A stretch of 64,000 nucleotides of DNA from the NCBI GenBank assembly GCA_039621445.1, contig CP154954.1, positions 45,177,847-45,241,846 of the forward strand, given 5' to 3'. The position numbers and the translations under genes are program-made. This document shows positions 60,530-64,000 of the stretch, piece after piece. Each line of letters starts with the position of its first letter. Positions within the stretch are counted from its first letter, which is position 1. Source of the stretch: Euglena gracilis. Its lineage: Eukaryota. Below the pieces are notes generated by a model that worked only from the letters and a program-made list of their open reading frames with translations, was not told the DNA's origin and did no database searches.

Positions 60530-61764
60530 CGGGGGGTCCGAACCCCCCGTCGCCGGGGTGGTAAGCTTCGCTCTTACTCTAAAGAGATAAGAGCTCAGCG
60601 ACCAGGGTGTGACGTAGAGCTGAGCTCTTTGGGGGACCACCCCGGCCCGGCCTGCGAAAAACACTCATTTTTGGCCCAAAAACATGTTTTCTGGGTAAGG
60701 GCCCAAAAACATGTTTTCTGGTAAAACATCGTTTTGGGCCAAAAAAAATATTTTCGATTTTTTTCGACTTTTTTGACCCGGTTTTGACCCAAAGTCAATG
60801 GGTTTGCCAACCAAAACGGGGCCCTGGCGGGTCGAAAAATTCTCGTTTTCGGCTCAAAAACATTTTTTCTGGGTCCGGGAGGCCAAAAAACATGGTTTTG
60901 GGCGAAAAAATTTTTTTCGATTTTTTTCAACTTTTTTGACCCGGTTTTGACCCAAAGTCAATGGGTTGGCCAACCAAAACGGGTCGCTGGCGGGTCGAAA
61001 AACGCTCATTTTCAGCTCAAAAACACTTTTTCCGGGTCCGGGAGGCCAAAAAACATGGTTTTGGGCGAAAAAAAAAATTTCGATTTTTTTTCGACTTTTT
61101 GGCCCAAACATGGGGCGAAAAAAAAAAAATTTTGATTTTTTTTTGACTTTTGGCCCGAAAAACGGCTAAGTCGGACAGTGGGAAAAGTGCGCAAAACGGC
61201 CATTTGGGACCGAAAAAACGGCCGTATCTCGGGCTAGGCGGGGAGTTGGCCCAAACTGCGCATACCGGTGGATAGGGCGTCCCAAAGTTGTGAAATTAGT
61301 TACTCTTTATTTTTTCTCAACTCCCCGGCGTTTTCGATATATTTTGAATTTTTAGATTTATTGACCCAAAAAATGACCCCTTTTACCGGTCCAACAAAAT
61401 TTCTTGAAAAAAAAAAACGGTACACAACTTTTTTGCTCAGGCCAGATCTCCGGAGCGTAGGGGAGTTGCGGGTAAAGTGACGGCTATGGGGAAACTACGG
61501 ACCCTCTCCTAAACGATAGGCTATTCACTTTGGGGGCCAGGAAATCCAATCACATCGATATCCTCGGGGTGCCCTTGCCTACTCAGGGGGGGTGGGGGGG
61601 GGGGGGCGGGGGGGGGGGGGGGGCGGGGGGGTCCGACCCCCCCTCCGGCCCCGGTGGTAAGCTTCGCTCTTACTCTAAAGAGATAAGAGCTCAGCGACCC
61701 AGGGTGTGACGTAGAGCTGAGCTCTTTGGGAGACCCCCCCCGGCCCGGCCCGGCGGCCCGGCCC

Positions 61765-62675
61765 GGGTCATGATGGCCATCATTGGGCATGATGGCCATC
61801 ATTGGGCATAATGGCCATTCGGGGTCATGATGGCCATCCGGGGTCATGATGGCCATCCGGGGTCATGATGGCCATCATTGGTCATGATGGCCATCCGGGG
61901 TCATGATGGCCATCCGGGGTCATGATGGCCATCCGGGGTCATGATGGCCATCCGGGGTCATGATGGCCATCCGGGGTCATGATGGCCATCATTGGTCATG
62001 ATGGCCATCATTGGTCATAATGGCCATCCGGGGTCATGATGGCCATCATTGGTCATGATGGCCATTCGGGGTCATGATGGCCATCATTGGTCATGATGGC
62101 CATCCGGGGTCATGATGGCCATCCGGGGTCATGATGGCCATCCGGGGTCATGATGGCCATCCGGGGTCATGATGGCCATCATTGGTCATGATGGCCATCC
62201 GGGGATGGCCGTCATTGGTCATAATGGCCATTCGGGGTCATGATGGCCATCCGGGGTCATGATGGCCATCCGGGGTCATGATGGCCATCATTGGTCATGA
62301 TGGCCATTCGGGGTCATGATGGCCATCATTGGTCATGATGGCCATCCGGGGTCATGATGGCCATCCGGGGTCATGATGGCCATCATTGGTCATGATGGCC
62401 ATCCGGGGTCATGATGGCCATCCGGGGTCATGATGGCCATCCGGGGTCATGATGGCCATCCGGGGTCATGATGGCCATCCGGGGTCATGATGGCCATCCG
62501 GGGTCATGATGGCCATCCGGGGTCATGATGGCCATCCGGGGTCATGATGGCCATCATTGGTCATGATGGCCATCCGGGGTCATGATGGCCATCCGGGGTC
62601 ATGATAGCCATCATCTTGGTCATGATGGCCATCATTGGGCATGACGGCCGCCATCCGGGGTCATGATGGCCATCC
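61765..62675 (+). repeat. 19-bp minisatellite (CCATC-CGGGG/ATTGG-TCATGATGG)n
   Basis: Over 40 tandem units with two interspersed variants. Confidence 0.95.
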
Positions 62676-64000
62676 GGCGTCACAATGGCCAATTTTCAAC
62701 TCGAAAACACTTTTTCCGGGTCCAGGAGGCCAAAAAATATGGTTTCGGGCAAAAAAAAATTTTTCGATTTTTTTGGACGTTTTGGCCCGAAAACGGCTAA
62801 GTCGGACAGAGGGAAAAGTGTACAAAACGGCCATTTGGACCTGAAAACGGCCGTATCTAGGGCTAGACGGGGAGTTGCGGGGAAATCAAAATACCAGTAG
62901 ATAGGGCGTTCCAAGGGCTCCAAATTAGGTCTCCGGACATTTTTTTCAACTCCCCACCATTTTGGAGATATTTTGCAAAAACTGGTTTTTGGGCCCATTT
63001 TGGGCTCCAAATGGCAGAGTCCCCCCCTGGCGAAACCCCAAAACGACCATATCTCGGCCCAGGCGGGGAGTTGGCCCAAACCGCGCATACCGGTGGATAG
63101 GGCGTCCCAAAGTTGTGGAATGAGGTACTCTTTAGTTTTTCTCAACTCCCCGGCGTTTTCGAGATATTTTGAATTTTTCGATTTTTTGACCCCAAAAATG
63201 ACCCCCTGTTGCCGCTTTGGAAAAAAAAAAAAAAAAAACGGTAGACAACTTTTTTGCTCGGGCCAGATCTCCGGCCTGGCGCGGAGTTGCGGGCAAAGTG
63301 CGGGCTCTGGACAAACTAGGGACCGTCTCTTAACCTTGAGGTTATCAATTTTCCGGGTCCGGAAATCAGTCCACATCAATATTCCGCGGGTGCCCGGGCA
63401 TACTCGGGGGGGGGCGGGGGGCGGGGGGGGGGCGGGGGGGTCAGGGGGGGTTTCGGGGGGGGTGGTAAGCTTCGCTCTTACTCTAAAGAGATAAGAGCTC
63501 AGCGACCAGGGTGTGACGTAGAGCTGAGCTCTTTGGGAGACCACCCCGGCCCGGCCCGCGAAAAACGCTCATTTTTGGCTCAAAAACAGTTTTTCTGGGT
63601 CAGGGAGGCCAAAAAACACGGTTTTGGGGCCAAAAATTTTTTTCGATTTTTTTCGACTTTTTTGACCGGTTTTGACCCAAAGTCATGGGTTGGTGGCCCA
63701 AAACGGGGCGCTGGCGGGTCGAAAAACGCTCATTTTCGGCTCAAACACAGGCTTTCCGGGTCCGGGAGGCCAAAAAACATGGTTTTGGGGCAAAAAATTT
63801 TTTTCGATTTTTTTCGACTTTTTTTGACCCGGTTTTGACCCAAAATCAATGGGTTGGCGGCCCAAAACGGGGCGCCGGCGCGGGTCCGGGAGGTCAAAAA
63901 TCATGGTTTTGGGCAAAAAAAATTTTTTCGAATTTTTTCGACTTTTTGACCCAAAAAATGGCTAAGTCCACCGGCCAGGGGGCGGGCCCCAGCCACGGGG

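Larger units (their letters stand above)
56766..64000 (+). mobile_element. Head-to-tail array of at least 5 monomers (about 1.1-2.0 kb) of a non-coding element family
   Basis: Junction motif AAGAGCTCAGC-gaccagggtgtgacgtaga-GCTGAGCTCTT around 58798, 60601, 61697 and 63505. Confidence 0.8.

Noticed and set aside
61765-62675. CRISPR-like array
   Set aside because: No unique spacers (only two 5-nt variants), no cas genes, eukaryotic context.
56890-64000. Many 60-280 aa ORFs in repeats and introns
   Set aside because: They are translations of homopolymer-rich repeats (poly-K/F/G/P) with no protein motifs.

Overview
Eukaryotic, repeat-rich nuclear DNA, very probably from a euglenid, judged by its intron types. 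(1) A complete coatomer beta (beta-COP/COPB1) gene lies on the minus strand at 52667->15167. I reconstructed it by hand as 26 exons, 2859 nt and 952 aa, with no frameshift or internal stop. Nineteen introns are GT-AG. Six are non-GT-AG 'nonconventional' introns whose ends base-pair, with positions +4..+6 (mostly CAG/CAA) pairing with -8..-6 (mostly CTG/TTG). (2) At 1-6355 (-) is the 5' half of an LTR retrotransposon: a 424-bp LTR, Met-tRNA PBS, 1259-aa Gag, and a pol that goes from protease into an adenine-methyltransferase-like domain before running off the window. (3) At 6651-11314 (+) is a DIRS-type tyrosine-recombinase retrotransposon with ITRs, an ICR, RT-RNaseH-MT and YR. (4) There are many non-autonomous DNA elements: CAG...CTG hAT-like MITEs with 8-bp TSDs, GGTAC...GTACC Merlin-like foldbacks (one carrying TTAGGG repeats) and C-run/G-run MITEs. 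(5) A family of 1-2 kb elements with asymmetric subterminal inverted repeats forms a head-to-tail array at 56766-64000 and hosts 163-bp and 19-bp satellites. The main observation is geometric: each nonconventional intron has 3 nt before its stem and 5 nt after it, which equals a CAG...CTG MITE plus one 8-bp TSD. This suggests a transposon-to-intron pathway. Protein identities come from motif recognition, not database searches.
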